A program made the translations under genes and the position numbers. This document shows positions 10,603 to 21,579 of a stretch of 64,000 nt of DNA, piece by piece (the stretch's first letter is position 1; every line of letters starts with the position of its first letter). Below the pieces are notes generated by a model. That model was given only the letters and a program-made list of their open reading frames with translations. It had not been told where the DNA came from and ran no database searches. The stretch lies in assembly GCA_041483195.1 (NCBI GenBank), contig JBGPFC010000003.1, forward strand, positions 128,001 to 192,000. Reading direction: 5' to 3'. The stretch is from Candidatus Eiseniibacteriota bacterium (lineage in GTDB: Bacteria > Eisenbacteria > RBG-16-71-46).

Positions 10603-10750
10603 GGTGAAGCAACCTCCTCGATAATCGGGTGTCGGGCGGCGCGGGCCCGGTGGGCCGCGCCCGATATCGCCCCGCAGGATACACCTTCCCGCGCCCGAGT
10701 GTCGCGGGCGAAACCCGGATCCCGGGCCCCTCGCAACGGCGGCGCGGGCC

Positions 10751-11302
10751 TCAGCCGCGGGGAAATACCGAGCGCCGCACGTCCCGAAACACCTGCCGCA
10801 TGTGCTTCCAGGCCACCCGCTGCTTCGGGCCCCCGAGCCTCGCGAGCGGGACCCACTCGGCACTCGCGGCGTCGTCGGCCGCGCGCGGGTTGCCCGAGAT
10901 CCAGCGCGCGATGTAATAGAAATTCATCGTCGGGAAATATCCAAAACCGCGCAGGTAATAATGGTCCCAGTAGAACCCGAGCCAGTCGAGCTTCGAGACC
11001 CGCAGCCCGGTCTCCTCGCGCAGCTCGCGCCGCGCCGCGCCCTCGATGGACTCGCCCGCCTCCATGAACCCGCCGGGGATGTCGAGGCACCCCAACCGCG
11101 GGCGATGCGCGCGGCGCAGCATGAGCAGGGCGTCTCCCCTCATCACCACGACGCCGGCGCACGGGCGCGGGTAGTCGTAGATGAGATAGCGGCAGCGCGG
11201 ACAGGTGAGGGTGCGCGGCCCGCCGCTCCGCACGCGCGAGGCGTCGCGCCGGATCGGCCGCCCGCAGCGCGCGCATGGAAATTTCGCGCCGGATCCGGTC
11301 AT
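10751..11302 (-). CDS. NUDIX hydrolase with N-terminal Zn ribbon
   Basis: CARC...CPRC and Nudix box GGFMEAGESIEGAARRELREETG. Confidence 0.85.
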   Translation of the reverse strand: MTGSGAKFPCARCGRPIRRDASRVRSGGPRTLTCPRCRYLIYDYPRPCAGVVVMRGDALLMLRRAHRPRLGCLDIPGGFMEAGESIEGAARRELREETGLRVSKLDWLGFYWDHYYLRGFGYFPTMNFYYIARWISGNPRAADDAASAEWVPLARLGGPKQRVAWKHMRQVFRDVRRSVFPRG

Positions 11303-12135
11303 CGCGCGCTCACCGAGATCACGGCCGGCAGCGGCACCTCAGCCCCGGGCGGGTCGTCCCCGCCGGGCTTCGCCTTCCATCGCCCGAAGGTCGCGTAGCG
11401 AAACCCGCCGGCATCCACGCACAGCTGCGCCTCGGAGCCGCCGTCCATCGACATGGCGCGCGTGAGCTGGAGCGGCGCGCGCTGAATGAGCCGCGCGAAG
11501 TCGCGCAGCGTGTAGCCGCCCTCGGTGGTGATCACCACCAGCCAGCCACGACGATCCTGGCCGAGCGCGGTGCGGTTCGCGATGCGGTCGCTCTCGCGCA
11601 CGCGGATCCTGCCGGTGCTGTCGAACAGCATGAACGACTGGGCGATGTCCCGCCAGCGCGAGGCGCTGCGGTCGAGCGGCTCGGCCTCGAGGTCGAGGAT
11701 GCGCGCGGCCGCCGGGCCCGACACCGGCGAGGCGACCAGCGCCGCCTTGAACTCCGGATGCTCGCGCTTCGAGACCACGTGGCCGTTGCTCACCAGCATG
11801 CCCATGTACGACCAGTCGGGATAGAACTGCCCGGCGTTGAAAACGGCGTGCGCGCCGGTCAGCCGCTGCCACTCGACGATGCCGGGCGGCGCGTCCACCG
11901 CCTCCAGCGAGTAGTGGTGGACGCGCACGATGGTCTGGGCGGGATCGATGCGGAGCAGCGCGATGTCGGGCGAGCCCTGGCGGCAGAACGGGGCCCCGCG
12001 TATGGTCGCGAACTCGAGGCCCGGCCGGAGCGTCCGCCAGTGCGGCGCGCCGCTGCCGTGGAGCACGAGATACGTGCCGGCCGCGAGCGCCGCGAGCGCC
12101 GCCAGGCGGCCGATGGGGACTCGACGGTAGGGCAT
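11299..12135 (-). CDS. Phosphodiester glycosidase (NAGPA/DUF2233)-family exported protein
   Basis: FNAGQF, NRTALG, AMSMDGGSE motifs, N-terminal hydrophobic segment, ATGA overlap with the NUDIX gene. Confidence 0.75.
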   Translation of the reverse strand: MPYRRVPIGRLAALAALAAGTYLVLHGSGAPHWRTLRPGLEFATIRGAPFCRQGSPDIALLRIDPAQTIVRVHHYSLEAVDAPPGIVEWQRLTGAHAVFNAGQFYPDWSYMGMLVSNGHVVSKREHPEFKAALVASPVSGPAAARILDLEAEPLDRSASRWRDIAQSFMLFDSTGRIRVRESDRIANRTALGQDRRGWLVVITTEGGYTLRDFARLIQRAPLQLTRAMSMDGGSEAQLCVDAGGFRYATFGRWKAKPGGDDPPGAEVPLPAVISVSAR

Positions 12136-12278
12136 GAGGATTCGATTGTGAGCGTCGCGCGCCGCGCGAGTCAACGACGCGCGCCGCCCCGCGACGGCGC
12201 GCTGCGTTCAGCCCCCATTCAGGTCTCGTTCCGATAGTGTGCGAGACACTGCCGCCCGCGACCCCGGGAGGAGATCGC

Positions 12279-13667
12279 ATGACCGCTGGCCGTCCATCGC
12301 ACGCATCGAACGCGGCGCATCGGGCGCGGCGCAGCATGTTCGTGATCGCATGCTGCTTCGCGCCCGGCCTCGCCTTCGTGTGCTTCGGCGTTCGCGGCGC
12401 GGCGGCGCAGGCCGCGCCGGAATCCCTCTCGGTGGACGACTGCATCGCCCGCGCGCGCCGCCTCGCCCCCGCCGTGCGGGCCGCGCGTGAGGCCCGCGTC
12501 GCTGCGGCGCTCGACTCGTCGGCCGCCGCGCTCAACCGCCGGCCCGCGCTCGCGCTGCGCGGCGACGCGACGCTCGCGCCCCGCGACTTCTACGATCCCG
12601 CCCTCACGAATCTCGGGCAGTACGACCTGGGCGCCGCTGCGGAATGGACGCTGCTCGACGGCGGCGGACGGCTGCGCAACCGTCTGCGCGGAGCGCTGGG
12701 CGCGGACGGGGCGCGTGCCGATCTGGCGCTCGCCTCGCGCGAGGCCGCGGCGCGCGCCGCGGCGGTGGCGCTCGATCTGCTGCGGCTCGCCGACCTGGGC
12801 CGCGTTCAGCTCGATGCGCTCGATTGGCTCGACCGCCTCGCGGTGCTGGTGAACGCCGGCGCGAGCGCCGGCACCCGCGGGCGCGCGGACGCGGTGCGGG
12901 TCGCGATCGAGCGCGACGCCGTGCTCGCGTCGCTCGAGTCCCTGCGCGAGCTCGAGGACGAGCGCCGGCGCGAGCTGGCCGCGCTGATCGGCCTCGAAGC
13001 GGGAGCCGGGGCGGCGCTGCGCGAGCCGGACGCCGGCCTGCCGCCGGTCCCGGCCGCCGGCGATTCGGCGGCGTTGCTCGAATCGGCCGATCGCGCGCCC
13101 GAGGTGCGGGCCGCCGAGGTGGCGGCCGCGACCGAGCGGCTCGCGCTGCTCGATGCCCGCGGCGCGGGCGCGATGCGGGTGGATCTCTCCGCAGACGCCG
13201 GGCTCGCCGGCACCGACCTCACCCGCGCGGTGCCCGACGATTTTCTCGCGTCGCACCCGGGCGCCACGTTCTCGGACCGGCTGCGCCGCGATCTCGGAGC
13301 CTCGGTGTCGATCGCGGTGCGGCTCCCGGTGCGCGACGCCTCGCGGCCCCGCGCCTCCGGCGCCCGAGAGGCGGCGCTGCGCGCGGCGTCGATCCGCGCG
13401 GAGGACGCGCGCGCGCGGCGGCGGCGCGAGGCGCTCGACCTGCTCGCGCGCTGGCGGAGCGCGGCGCGCCGCTTCGAAGCCTCGCGCGTCGCGGCGGGTC
13501 GCGCGTCGGATCATCTCCTCTATTCGCGCAGCCTCTACGCGGGCGGCGCGCTCTCCCTGCTCGAGTTGCTCGACGCGCGGCGCGCGGGCGACGATGCGCG
13601 CGAGCGGCTGGTCGATGCGCGAACCGAGTGCCGCGCTGCACGCTACGAGGCGGAGCTGACACGATGA
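12279..13667 (+). CDS. TolC-family outer membrane efflux protein
   Basis: ATG after GGAGGAG. Helical OEP pattern (WTLLDGGGR, YAGGALSLLELLDARR). First gene of an RND operon. Confidence 0.8.
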   Translation: MTAGRPSHASNAAHRARRSMFVIACCFAPGLAFVCFGVRGAAAQAAPESLSVDDCIARARRLAPAVRAAREARVAAALDSSAAALNRRPALALRGDATLAPRDFYDPALTNLGQYDLGAAAEWTLLDGGGRLRNRLRGALGADGARADLALASREAAARAAAVALDLLRLADLGRVQLDALDWLDRLAVLVNAGASAGTRGRADAVRVAIERDAVLASLESLRELEDERRRELAALIGLEAGAGAALREPDAGLPPVPAAGDSAALLESADRAPEVRAAEVAAATERLALLDARGAGAMRVDLSADAGLAGTDLTRAVPDDFLASHPGATFSDRLRRDLGASVSIAVRLPVRDASRPRASGAREAALRAASIRAEDARARRRREALDLLARWRSAARRFEASRVAAGRASDHLLYSRSLYAGGALSLLELLDARRAGDDARERLVDARTECRAARYEAELTR

Positions 13668-14650
13668 GGATCGCACGCGGAGGGCTGGCGGCGGTGCTGC
13701 TCCTGATCGCATGCGCCGGCTGCGGATCGCGCGCCGGACGCGAAGGGGACGCCGCAGATTCGGCGGCCGAGCCGGTGGTCGCGGTGCGCGTTCGCGCGCT
13801 CGAGGTGCGCCGGGTCGGCGACGTCGTCGCGGCACCCGGACGCTGGCGTGCGGCCGGCGAGATCACGATCGCCGCGCCGTTCGCGGCGCGCCTCGACTCG
13901 CTCGGGCCGCGGGCGGGCGACGCCGTCGAGAGCGGAGAGCGCGTGGGCTGGCTCCTCACGCGCGAATCGCTCGCGGCCCTGCGCGGCGCCGAGCTGATCG
14001 CGCTAAGGGCGCGCGATCCGGCCGCGCGCGACGACGCCGCGCGCGCGCTGGAGCTCGCCCGCCGCGAGCTGGTGCGCGTGCCGATCGTCGCGACCGCCGC
14101 CGGCACCGTCGTGCGGCGCGCGGTCGAGCCGGGCGCCGAGGTCGCGGAAGGGACCGAGCTGCTGAGCATCGTGCCGAGCGGCGGAATCGTGTTCGAGGTC
14201 CACGTCGGCGCCGCCGAGGCCTCGCGCCTCAGGGCCGGGCAGGACGCGACCATCCGCGACGACGGCGGCGGCACGCGACGCGCGCGGCTCGAGCGCCTGC
14301 TCCCCGCCGCGAACGCGAGCGATCAGACCACGCTCGCCTGGCTCGTGCCGCGCGCGGAAGCGCCGCTTCCCGAGATCGAGCGCTTCGGCACCGCGACGAT
14401 CGAGGTGGGCCCGGCGCACGAATCGCTCATGGCCCCCGATTCGGCGCTGGTGGAGGACGATCTCACCGGCGAGACGCGGATCGCGCTGGTCGGGGCGGAT
14501 GGCCGCGCGCACTGGCGCACCGTGACGCTCGGCCCCGCGGCCGGGGGCTGGCACGCGCTGGCGTCGCCTCCGCTCGCACCCGGCACGCGCGCGATCGTCG
14601 AGGGGCAGCGCGGGCTCGCGGACAGCACGCGCGTCTCGGTCGCTCCGTGA
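13664..14650 (+). CDS. RND periplasmic adaptor (membrane fusion) lipoprotein
   Basis: ATGA overlap, lipobox-like ACAGC, lipoyl-hybrid motifs (IAAPFAAR...AGDAVESGE; GTVVRRAVEPGAEV). Confidence 0.8.
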   Translation: MRIARGGLAAVLLLIACAGCGSRAGREGDAADSAAEPVVAVRVRALEVRRVGDVVAAPGRWRAAGEITIAAPFAARLDSLGPRAGDAVESGERVGWLLTRESLAALRGAELIALRARDPAARDDAARALELARRELVRVPIVATAAGTVVRRAVEPGAEVAEGTELLSIVPSGGIVFEVHVGAAEASRLRAGQDATIRDDGGGTRRARLERLLPAANASDQTTLAWLVPRAEAPLPEIERFGTATIEVGPAHESLMAPDSALVEDDLTGETRIALVGADGRAHWRTVTLGPAAGGWHALASPPLAPGTRAIVEGQRGLADSTRVSVAP

Positions 14651-17600
14651 TCGGCGCCTTCGACTTCCTGCGCGCCCAGCGCCGCGCGCTGCTCTTCACG
14701 ATCTGCTGCCTCGCGGCGCTGGGCGTGGCCGCCGGCCTCACGCTGCCGGCCGCGATCCTTCCCGAGGTGACGTTCCCGCGGATCACCGTGATCGCGGACA
14801 GCGGCGAGCGCCCCGGCGACGAGATGATGCGCGCGGTGACCCGCCCGCTCGAGCAGGCGGTGCGCCGGGTGCCGGGGGTCCGCGAGATCCGCTCGATCAC
14901 GAGTCGCGGCTCGACCGAGATCAACATCGACTGCGCGTGGGGAACCAACATGGAGCTGGCGCTCCAGCGCGTGCAGGCGGGCATCGGCGCGGCGCGCGAG
15001 CGGCTCCCGGCGGGGACCGCGGTGGACGCGCGGCTCATGAACCCCGCGCTGTTCCCGGTGCTGGGCTACTCGCTCACCTCGGATCGCATGAGCCTCGCCG
15101 AGCTGCGGGACTTCGCCGTCATGCGGCTCCAGCCCGAGCTGGCGCGGCTGCCGGGCGTGGCGGAGGTGATCGTCCAGGGCGGACGGCGGTTCGAGGCGCG
15201 CGTCGCGCTCGATCCCGCGACGCTCGAGGCGCGCGGGCTCGACGCGGCTTCGGTGGCGGACGCGATCCGCCGCGCGGGCGAGCTGGAGTCGGTGGGGTTG
15301 CTGGACGCGAACCGCCAGCTCTACCTGGGCCTCGCCGACGCGCGCCCGCTCGACCTCGCGAGCCTGAGCGCGATGCCGATCCCGGTCGAGGGCGGGCCGC
15401 CGGTGCCGCTCGGCGCGCTCGGCCGGGTGTCGCTCGAAGAGGCTCCAGAGTTCACTCGCTACGCCGCGCAATCGGGCGAGGCGGTGCTGGTCAACCTGCT
15501 GCGCCAGCCGTCGGCCAGCACCATCCGGCTCGCCGACGAGTCGCGCCGCTGGCTCGCGGAGCACCGCGCCGCGCTCCCTCCCGGCGTGCGCATCCAGACG
15601 TTCTACGATCAGTCGGAGCTGGTGCGCGCCTCGCTCGGAAGCGTCGAGGAGAGCCTGCTGATCGGCGCGCTGATGGCGATCGCGGTGGTCGCGCTCTTCC
15701 TCGGGAGCCTGCGCATGGGGCTCGGCGGCGCGCTGGTGCTGCCCGGCAGCATCGCGCTCACGCTGCTGGGCTTCGCGCTCGCCGGCCAGTCGCTCAACAT
15801 GATGACGCTCGGCGGGATCGCGGCGGCGGTGGGGCTGGTGCTCGACGACGCGATCGTGGTGCTCGAGCATCTCGCGCACCGCGCCTCGTATGGAGAGGCG
15901 TTCGCGGGCGTGTCGGTCGCGATGGCGGAGATCCTGCCGTCGGCGGTGGGCTCGAGCCTCTGCACGATCGCGATCTTCGCGCCGTTCATGTGGCTGGGCG
16001 GCGTCGCCGGCGCGTTCTTCAAGGTGCTCGCGCTCGCGATGGCGCTGATGCTCGCCGCATCGCTGTTGCTGTGCGTCGCCGTGCTGCCGCTGGTGGTGCG
16101 CCCGCACACGAAGCCGCCTCGTCCTCCACGCGCGGGGCCGGGCCGCCTCGGCGCCATCGCGCGCTACGCCACCACCCACGCGTGGGTGGGCATCGTGACG
16201 CCGCTGGTGCTGATCCTCGCAATCGTGCCGCTCCAGGCGACGCTCGGCACCGGCTTCCTGCCCGAGATGGACGAGGGCTCGCTGATCATGGACTTCTTCT
16301 CGCCGCCCGGAACGTCGCTCACCGAGACCGACCGCATGCTGCGGCAGGTCGAGAAGTCGATCGACGCGACGCCCGAGGTCGAGGCCTGGTCGCGGCGCAC
16401 CGGCGATCAGCTCGGGTTCTTCGTCACGGAGCCCAATCACGGCGACTACGTCTTGAAGCTCAGGGCGCGGCGGACGCGCGATGCCGAAGCGGTGGCCGAC
16501 GATCTGCGCGGGCGCATCGCGGCCTCGCAGCCGCAGCTCGAGATCGAGTTCGGGCAGCTGGTGGAGGACGTGATCGGCGATCTCACCACCAATCCGCAGC
16601 CGGTCGAGGTGCGCCTGTTCGGCGAGGATCGCGCGCTGATGCGGACCCGGGCCGAGGACGTCGCGCGCATCCTGTCGAACGTGCGCGGCGTGGTGGACGT
16701 GAAGAGCGGCATCGTCGAGAGCGGGCCCAACGTCTCGATCCATCCGTCGGCCGCCGCGGCGCGCCTCGGGCTCGGCATCGACGATCTCGCGCGCGCCGTC
16801 ACGCCTTCGGTCGCGGGCCTCGACGCCGGGCAGATCGTGCGCGGCGCGCGCGCCTGGCCGGTGCGCGTGACGCTCTCGGGGCTCGCCGGCGCGACGCGCC
16901 CCGATGCGCTCGCGGACGTCCGCGTGCCGGTCGCGCGCGGGCAGTGGCGCCGGCTCGGCGATCTTTCGACGCTGCGGATCGAGGCGGGCGAGACCGAGAT
17001 CGCGCGCGACGACCAGCGCACCATGATCCCGGTCACCGCGCGGCTCTCGGGCCGCGACCTGGGCTCCGCGATGACCGAGATCCAGCGCGTCGTGCGCCAG
17101 GGGCTCGCGCTCGCGCCCGGCATGACGGTGCGTTACGCCGGCCTGTGGGAGGAGCAGCAGTCGTCGTTCCGCGAGCTGGCGGCCGTGCTGTTCGCGGCCG
17201 CGGCCGCCGTGCTCCTCATCCTGCTCGCGGCGTTCCGCTCGTGGCGCATGAGCGGCGCGCTCATGGTGGTCGTGGTCGCCTCGCTGTGCGGCGTGTTCGT
17301 CGCGCTCCACGCGGGCGGCGCGACCTTCAACATCTCGAGCTTCGTCGGCGCGATCATGATGGTGGGCGTCGTGTCCGAAAACGGCTACTTTCTCGTCGCG
17401 GCCCATCGTGCTGCGCTGCGCGATGGGGCCGCGCCCTCCGCGGCGGCCGAGGCGGCCGCCCGGCGCCGCGCGCGGCCGGTGCTCATGACGACCGCGGCCG
17501 GCGTCGCGGCGCTCGCGCCGCTCGCGCTGGGCATCGGATCGGGCAGCGCGCTGCTGCGGCCGCTCGCGCTCGCGGTCGTCGGCGGATTCCTGAACTCGGC

Positions 17601-17661
17601 GCCGTTGCTGCTGGTCGTGCTGCCCGCGCTGCTCGCGCGCTGCGGCCGGCCCGCCAGGTGA
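14647..17661 (+). CDS. RND efflux transporter permease subunit
   Basis: GTG in a GTGA overlap; about 1004 aa. GLVLDDAIVVLE, FLPEMDEG, RRRARPVLMTT, LRPLALAVVGG motifs. Confidence 0.9.
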   Translation: MIGAFDFLRAQRRALLFTICCLAALGVAAGLTLPAAILPEVTFPRITVIADSGERPGDEMMRAVTRPLEQAVRRVPGVREIRSITSRGSTEINIDCAWGTNMELALQRVQAGIGAARERLPAGTAVDARLMNPALFPVLGYSLTSDRMSLAELRDFAVMRLQPELARLPGVAEVIVQGGRRFEARVALDPATLEARGLDAASVADAIRRAGELESVGLLDANRQLYLGLADARPLDLASLSAMPIPVEGGPPVPLGALGRVSLEEAPEFTRYAAQSGEAVLVNLLRQPSASTIRLADESRRWLAEHRAALPPGVRIQTFYDQSELVRASLGSVEESLLIGALMAIAVVALFLGSLRMGLGGALVLPGSIALTLLGFALAGQSLNMMTLGGIAAAVGLVLDDAIVVLEHLAHRASYGEAFAGVSVAMAEILPSAVGSSLCTIAIFAPFMWLGGVAGAFFKVLALAMALMLAASLLLCVAVLPLVVRPHTKPPRPPRAGPGRLGAIARYATTHAWVGIVTPLVLILAIVPLQATLGTGFLPEMDEGSLIMDFFSPPGTSLTETDRMLRQVEKSIDATPEVEAWSRRTGDQLGFFVTEPNHGDYVLKLRARRTRDAEAVADDLRGRIAASQPQLEIEFGQLVEDVIGDLTTNPQPVEVRLFGEDRALMRTRAEDVARILSNVRGVVDVKSGIVESGPNVSIHPSAAAARLGLGIDDLARAVTPSVAGLDAGQIVRGARAWPVRVTLSGLAGATRPDALADVRVPVARGQWRRLGDLSTLRIEAGETEIARDDQRTMIPVTARLSGRDLGSAMTEIQRVVRQGLALAPGMTVRYAGLWEEQQSSFRELAAVLFAAAAAVLLILLAAFRSWRMSGALMVVVVASLCGVFVALHAGGATFNISSFVGAIMMVGVVSENGYFLVAAHRAALRDGAAPSAAAEAAARRRARPVLMTTAAGVAALAPLALGIGSGSALLRPLALAVVGGFLNSAPLLLVVLPALLARCGRPAR

Positions 17662-17677
17662 TGCCGGGACCCATCGC

Positions 17678-18352
17678 ATGCGAATCCTCGTGATCGAAGA
17701 CAGCGCCCCCACCCGCGAGCTGATCGAGCGCTCGCTCGAGGCGGCCGGCCACACGCTCGCGACCGCCGCGCGGGTCTCGACCGGGCGGGCGCTCGCGCTG
17801 CGCGGCGCGTTCGACGTGATCGTGCTCGACGTGATGCTGCCCGACGGCAGCGGGCTCGAGCTGTGCCGCGAGCTGCGCGCGCTCGACCTCGCCACCCCGA
17901 TCCTGTTCCTCACCGCGCGCGGCGAGGTGGGCGATCGCATCGAGGGCCTCGACGCGGGCGGCGACGACTACCTGCGCAAGCCGTTCGCGATCGCCGAGCT
18001 GGTCGCGCGGGTGCGCGCGCTGGGGCGGAGGCAGGGCCGCTCCGCGCCCGCCAGCGTGCGCTGGACCGGCCTCTCGATCGACTTCGCGGCGCGGCGTCTG
18101 AAGCGCGGGGCGGACGAGATCCCGCTCACCGCGCGCGAGTGGGCGGTGCTCGATGCGCTCGCGGCTCGGGCGGGGCGGGTCGTGACGCGCGACGATCTGC
18201 TCGAGAGCGCGTGGGGCGAGACCAGCGAGGCGGCGTCCGAGAGCCTCGACGTGATCGTGAGCCGGCTGCGCCGCAAGCTCCAGCCGGATGGCGCGCCGCA
18301 TTGCATCCGCACCGTGCGCGGACAGGGCTACGTTTTCGAGGCCCCGGCGTGA
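17678..18352 (+). CDS. OmpR-family response regulator
   Basis: MRILVIED, LDVMLPDGSG, GGDDYLRKPF, winged helix IRTVRGQGY. Confidence 0.93.
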   Translation: MRILVIEDSAPTRELIERSLEAAGHTLATAARVSTGRALALRGAFDVIVLDVMLPDGSGLELCRELRALDLATPILFLTARGEVGDRIEGLDAGGDDYLRKPFAIAELVARVRALGRRQGRSAPASVRWTGLSIDFAARRLKRGADEIPLTAREWAVLDALAARAGRVVTRDDLLESAWGETSEAASESLDVIVSRLRRKLQPDGAPHCIRTVRGQGYVFEAPA

Positions 18353-19788
18353 GATCGACCTCGCTGGTCGCGCGACTGACGCTGATCCAGCAGCTGGTCG
18401 CGAGCGTCGTGATCGTGGTGTTCGCGGCCTCTTCGCTGTGGCTCACCGACCGTTCGCTGCGGCGGGCGCAGGAGCGGCAGCTGGCCGAGACCGCGCACCG
18501 GGTCGCGGAGAGCGTCGATCGCGAGTACGCGGAGGAGCGCGATCTGCCCCGGGCCTCGCGGGCGGCGCTCGAAGAGGAGACCGACTCCGGGCTCGGCATC
18601 ATGGTGTACGGCCCGCAGGACACGCTGCTGGCCTCGAACGCGCTCGCGAACCGCACCGGCTACTTTCTTCCGCCGCCGTCCTCGACCGCGCGCGTCATCG
18701 AGCACGGCGGACGGCGCTGGGCGGCCGCGACCGAGTCACACGGCGCGCGGGTCGTCACCTCCATCTCCTATCGCGAGCTGCGCGGCAGCGTGTCCGCGCT
18801 CGCGCGCTCGCTCGCGTGGTGCGCGGTGCCGATCCTGGTCGTCACCTGGTTCGCGAGCCGCTGGACCGCGCGCCGCGCGCTCCGTCCGCTCGCGCAGATG
18901 GACGAGCGAGCGCGCAACGCGGCGGTCGAGGCGGGCGTGACCTCGCTCGGCGGACCGACCGGCATGGCGGAGATCGACCGGCTCGCGGCCTCGTTCGACC
19001 GCCTGCTCGAGCGCCTCGACGGGGTCTTGCGATCGGAACGGCGCTTCACGTCGGAGGCATCGCACGAGCTGCGCACCCCGCTCACCGTGCTGTCGGGCGA
19101 GCTCGAGATGGCGCTCGCGGGCCCGGCGCTGCCGCCGGCCACGCGCGCCGCGCTCGACCGGTCCGCGGCGCAGGTCGATGCGATGCGCGCGCTGGTCGAT
19201 GCGCTGCTGCTGCTGCGCCGCGCCGGCCAGGGCGCGCCCGCCGCCCGGGCCGCGTTCGAGCCCGTGAACCTCTCGGACGTCGCGGCCGAGACCCTGCGCG
19301 CGGCGGCCGCGCGGGCGCCGGGCCGCGCGACGGATCTCGGCCTCGATGCGCCGGACGAGGTCATGGTGTCCGGGCACGCAGCGCTGCTCGCCTCGGCGGT
19401 GGGGAACCTGGTGGACAACGCGCTCAAGTTCACGACCGGATCGACGCGCGTCAGGGTCACGGTCGCGAGCGACGGCGCGATGGCGCGCGTCGTGGTCGAA
19501 GACGGCGGCGCCGGGATTCGCGCAGAGGACCGCGAGCGCGTCTTCGACCCGTTCTTCCGCGGCGCGGAAGCGCGCGCCCACCTCGGTGGCTTCGGGCTCG
19601 GGCTGCCGCTGCTGCGCGAGGTCGCGCGCGCGCACGGCGGGGACGCGACGCTGGACGATTCGCCGCTGGGCGGCGCGCGGTTCACGATGAGCATTCCGGC
19701 TTGGCGCGCCGCGCCCGGTGCGAGTATCGTGGCTCCCCCATGGCGCGCCGCGACAGCCAGCTCCCCCCGCGCGAGCCGCGGGGCCTGA
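18349..19788 (+). CDS. HAMP-domain sensor histidine kinase
   Basis: GTG overlap, two TM segments, H-box SHELRTPL, N-box NLVDNALKF, G-boxes EDGGAG and GFGLGL. Confidence 0.92.
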   Translation: MRSTSLVARLTLIQQLVASVVIVVFAASSLWLTDRSLRRAQERQLAETAHRVAESVDREYAEERDLPRASRAALEEETDSGLGIMVYGPQDTLLASNALANRTGYFLPPPSSTARVIEHGGRRWAAATESHGARVVTSISYRELRGSVSALARSLAWCAVPILVVTWFASRWTARRALRPLAQMDERARNAAVEAGVTSLGGPTGMAEIDRLAASFDRLLERLDGVLRSERRFTSEASHELRTPLTVLSGELEMALAGPALPPATRAALDRSAAQVDAMRALVDALLLLRRAGQGAPAARAAFEPVNLSDVAAETLRAAAARAPGRATDLGLDAPDEVMVSGHAALLASAVGNLVDNALKFTTGSTRVRVTVASDGAMARVVVEDGGAGIRAEDRERVFDPFFRGAEARAHLGGFGLGLPLLREVARAHGGDATLDDSPLGGARFTMSIPAWRAAPGASIVAPPWRAATASSPRASRGA

Positions 19789-19824
19789 CGCCATGAGCAC
19801 TCGGAGGAACGTCTGAGATCCCAG

Positions 19825-21579
19825 GTGATGCCGCACGCCGCCGGCGCGGCGCTGAGCGCCGTGGATCGGCCGGGCGCGCCGCGAGCCGTCGCGCGCCCGC
19901 GCCTGCACGCGCCGGCCGAGCGCGCCTTCCTGATCGCGGCGCTCGGGGCGCACGCGATCCTGCGCCTGCTCTACGTCTTTCACCACGAGATCAACTCCGA
20001 CGAGCCGCAGCACCTGCACGTGGCGTGGGCGTGGACCTCCGGCCTCTTGCCCTACCGCGACGTGTTCGACAATCACGCGCCGCTGTTCGGCATGCTGAGC
20101 GCGCCGCTCGTGGCGGCGCTCGGCGAGCGCGCCGACATCCTGATCCTGATGCGGATCGCGATGCTCCCGCTGGTGGCGCTCACGCTGTGGGCGACCTGGC
20201 TCATCGCGCGGCGCGCGGCGGCGCCCGCGCTCGCGCCGTGGGCGGTCGCGCTCGCGGCGCTGTCGCCCGGATTCCTGCGCGTATCGGTCGAATACCGCGC
20301 CGATGTGCTGTGGATGACCGCCTGGCTGCTCGCGCTCGCGGTGCTGGTGTCCGGGCGGCTCACCGCAGCGCGCGCGGCGTTCGCGGGGTTGCTGCTCGGC
20401 GTCGCGGTGGGCGTCTCGATGAAGTCCATCCTGCTGCTCGCCTCGCTCGCGGTGGCCGCCGGCATGACGCTCGCGTTGCTCGCGCGGGCCGGATCGAAGC
20501 CGCCGCCGCGCCGGGTCGCCGGCGTGATCGCCGCGCTCGCGGCCGGAACCCTCGCCGTGCCGCTCGCGATCGCCGTGACCTTCGCGGCGCTCGGCGCGTG
20601 GCGGCCGTTCGTGTACTGCATCGGGACTCACAACCTGCTCCCCGAGTTCGGGACCTGGCGAGCCTTGCCCTGGAGGTTCGCGCTCGTCCCGCTCGCGCTG
20701 CCGCTGCTGTGGTTCGGCGGGCGGCTCGCGATGCGGACGGCGCCCACCCCCGCCGATGGCGCGCGCCGCGCGCTGCTGTGGCTCGTGACCGGGATCTACT
20801 TCGTGAGTCTCAACGCCGTGTGGCCGCTCATCACCCGCCAGGACTACCTGCCCGTCACGCCGCTGATCGCGGTGTTGCTGGCGGCCCTGACGCCGGTGTT
20901 CGCGATCGCCGCGCGTGGGATTCGATCGCGGCTCGCGTTCGCCCCCTCCCTCGCGTGGCTCGCGCCGGCCGCGCTGGTCGTGATCGAGACCGTCTCGGTG
21001 ATGCGCGCCGAGCCGCCCTGGCGCGACGGCACCAGCGCCCAGTCCGCGCTGCTCGCCGACGTGCTGCAGCTCACGCGGCCCGGGGATTCCGTGATGGACC
21101 TGAAGGGCGAGACCGTGTTCCGGCCGCGGCCCTTCTACTTCGCGCTCGAAGGCATCACCCGGGCGCGCATCGCGACCGGCCGGCTCCCCGACGACATCGC
21201 GGAGCGCATGATCGCCGCGCACACCCCGGTCGCATTCGCGGACGACGACAACTTTCCGCTGCGCGCCCGCGCGTTCATGAATGCGAACTACATGCGGGCC
21301 GGCAATCTGCGGGTGCTCGGCAAGATGCTGCTCCCCGCGCGCGACGATCGCGACCCCCGGCGTCGCTTCGTGGTGGTGGTGCCGCAGCGATACGCGGTGG
21401 TGTCCGATCGCGGCGCGGCATCGGGCCTGTTGGACGGCACGGCGTACGCCGGGCCGCGGATGCTGGCGGCCGGCCTCCACGTGTTCACGCCGCCCGCCCG
21501 CGACGGCCTGCTCGCGGTCGTGTGGGCGAGTGCGATCGAGCGCGGGTTCTCGCCGTTCGCGGGAAACGAGGGCATCTGA
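19825..21579 (+). CDS. GT-C (ArnT/PMT-like) integral membrane glycosyltransferase
   Basis: NSDEPQHLHVAW...LPYRDVFDNHAPL first-loop motif and many TM helices. Confidence 0.7.
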   Translation: MMPHAAGAALSAVDRPGAPRAVARPRLHAPAERAFLIAALGAHAILRLLYVFHHEINSDEPQHLHVAWAWTSGLLPYRDVFDNHAPLFGMLSAPLVAALGERADILILMRIAMLPLVALTLWATWLIARRAAAPALAPWAVALAALSPGFLRVSVEYRADVLWMTAWLLALAVLVSGRLTAARAAFAGLLLGVAVGVSMKSILLLASLAVAAGMTLALLARAGSKPPPRRVAGVIAALAAGTLAVPLAIAVTFAALGAWRPFVYCIGTHNLLPEFGTWRALPWRFALVPLALPLLWFGGRLAMRTAPTPADGARRALLWLVTGIYFVSLNAVWPLITRQDYLPVTPLIAVLLAALTPVFAIAARGIRSRLAFAPSLAWLAPAALVVIETVSVMRAEPPWRDGTSAQSALLADVLQLTRPGDSVMDLKGETVFRPRPFYFALEGITRARIATGRLPDDIAERMIAAHTPVAFADDDNFPLRARAFMNANYMRAGNLRVLGKMLLPARDDRDPRRRFVVVVPQRYAVVSDRGAASGLLDGTAYAGPRMLAAGLHVFTPPARDGLLAVVWASAIERGFSPFAGNEGI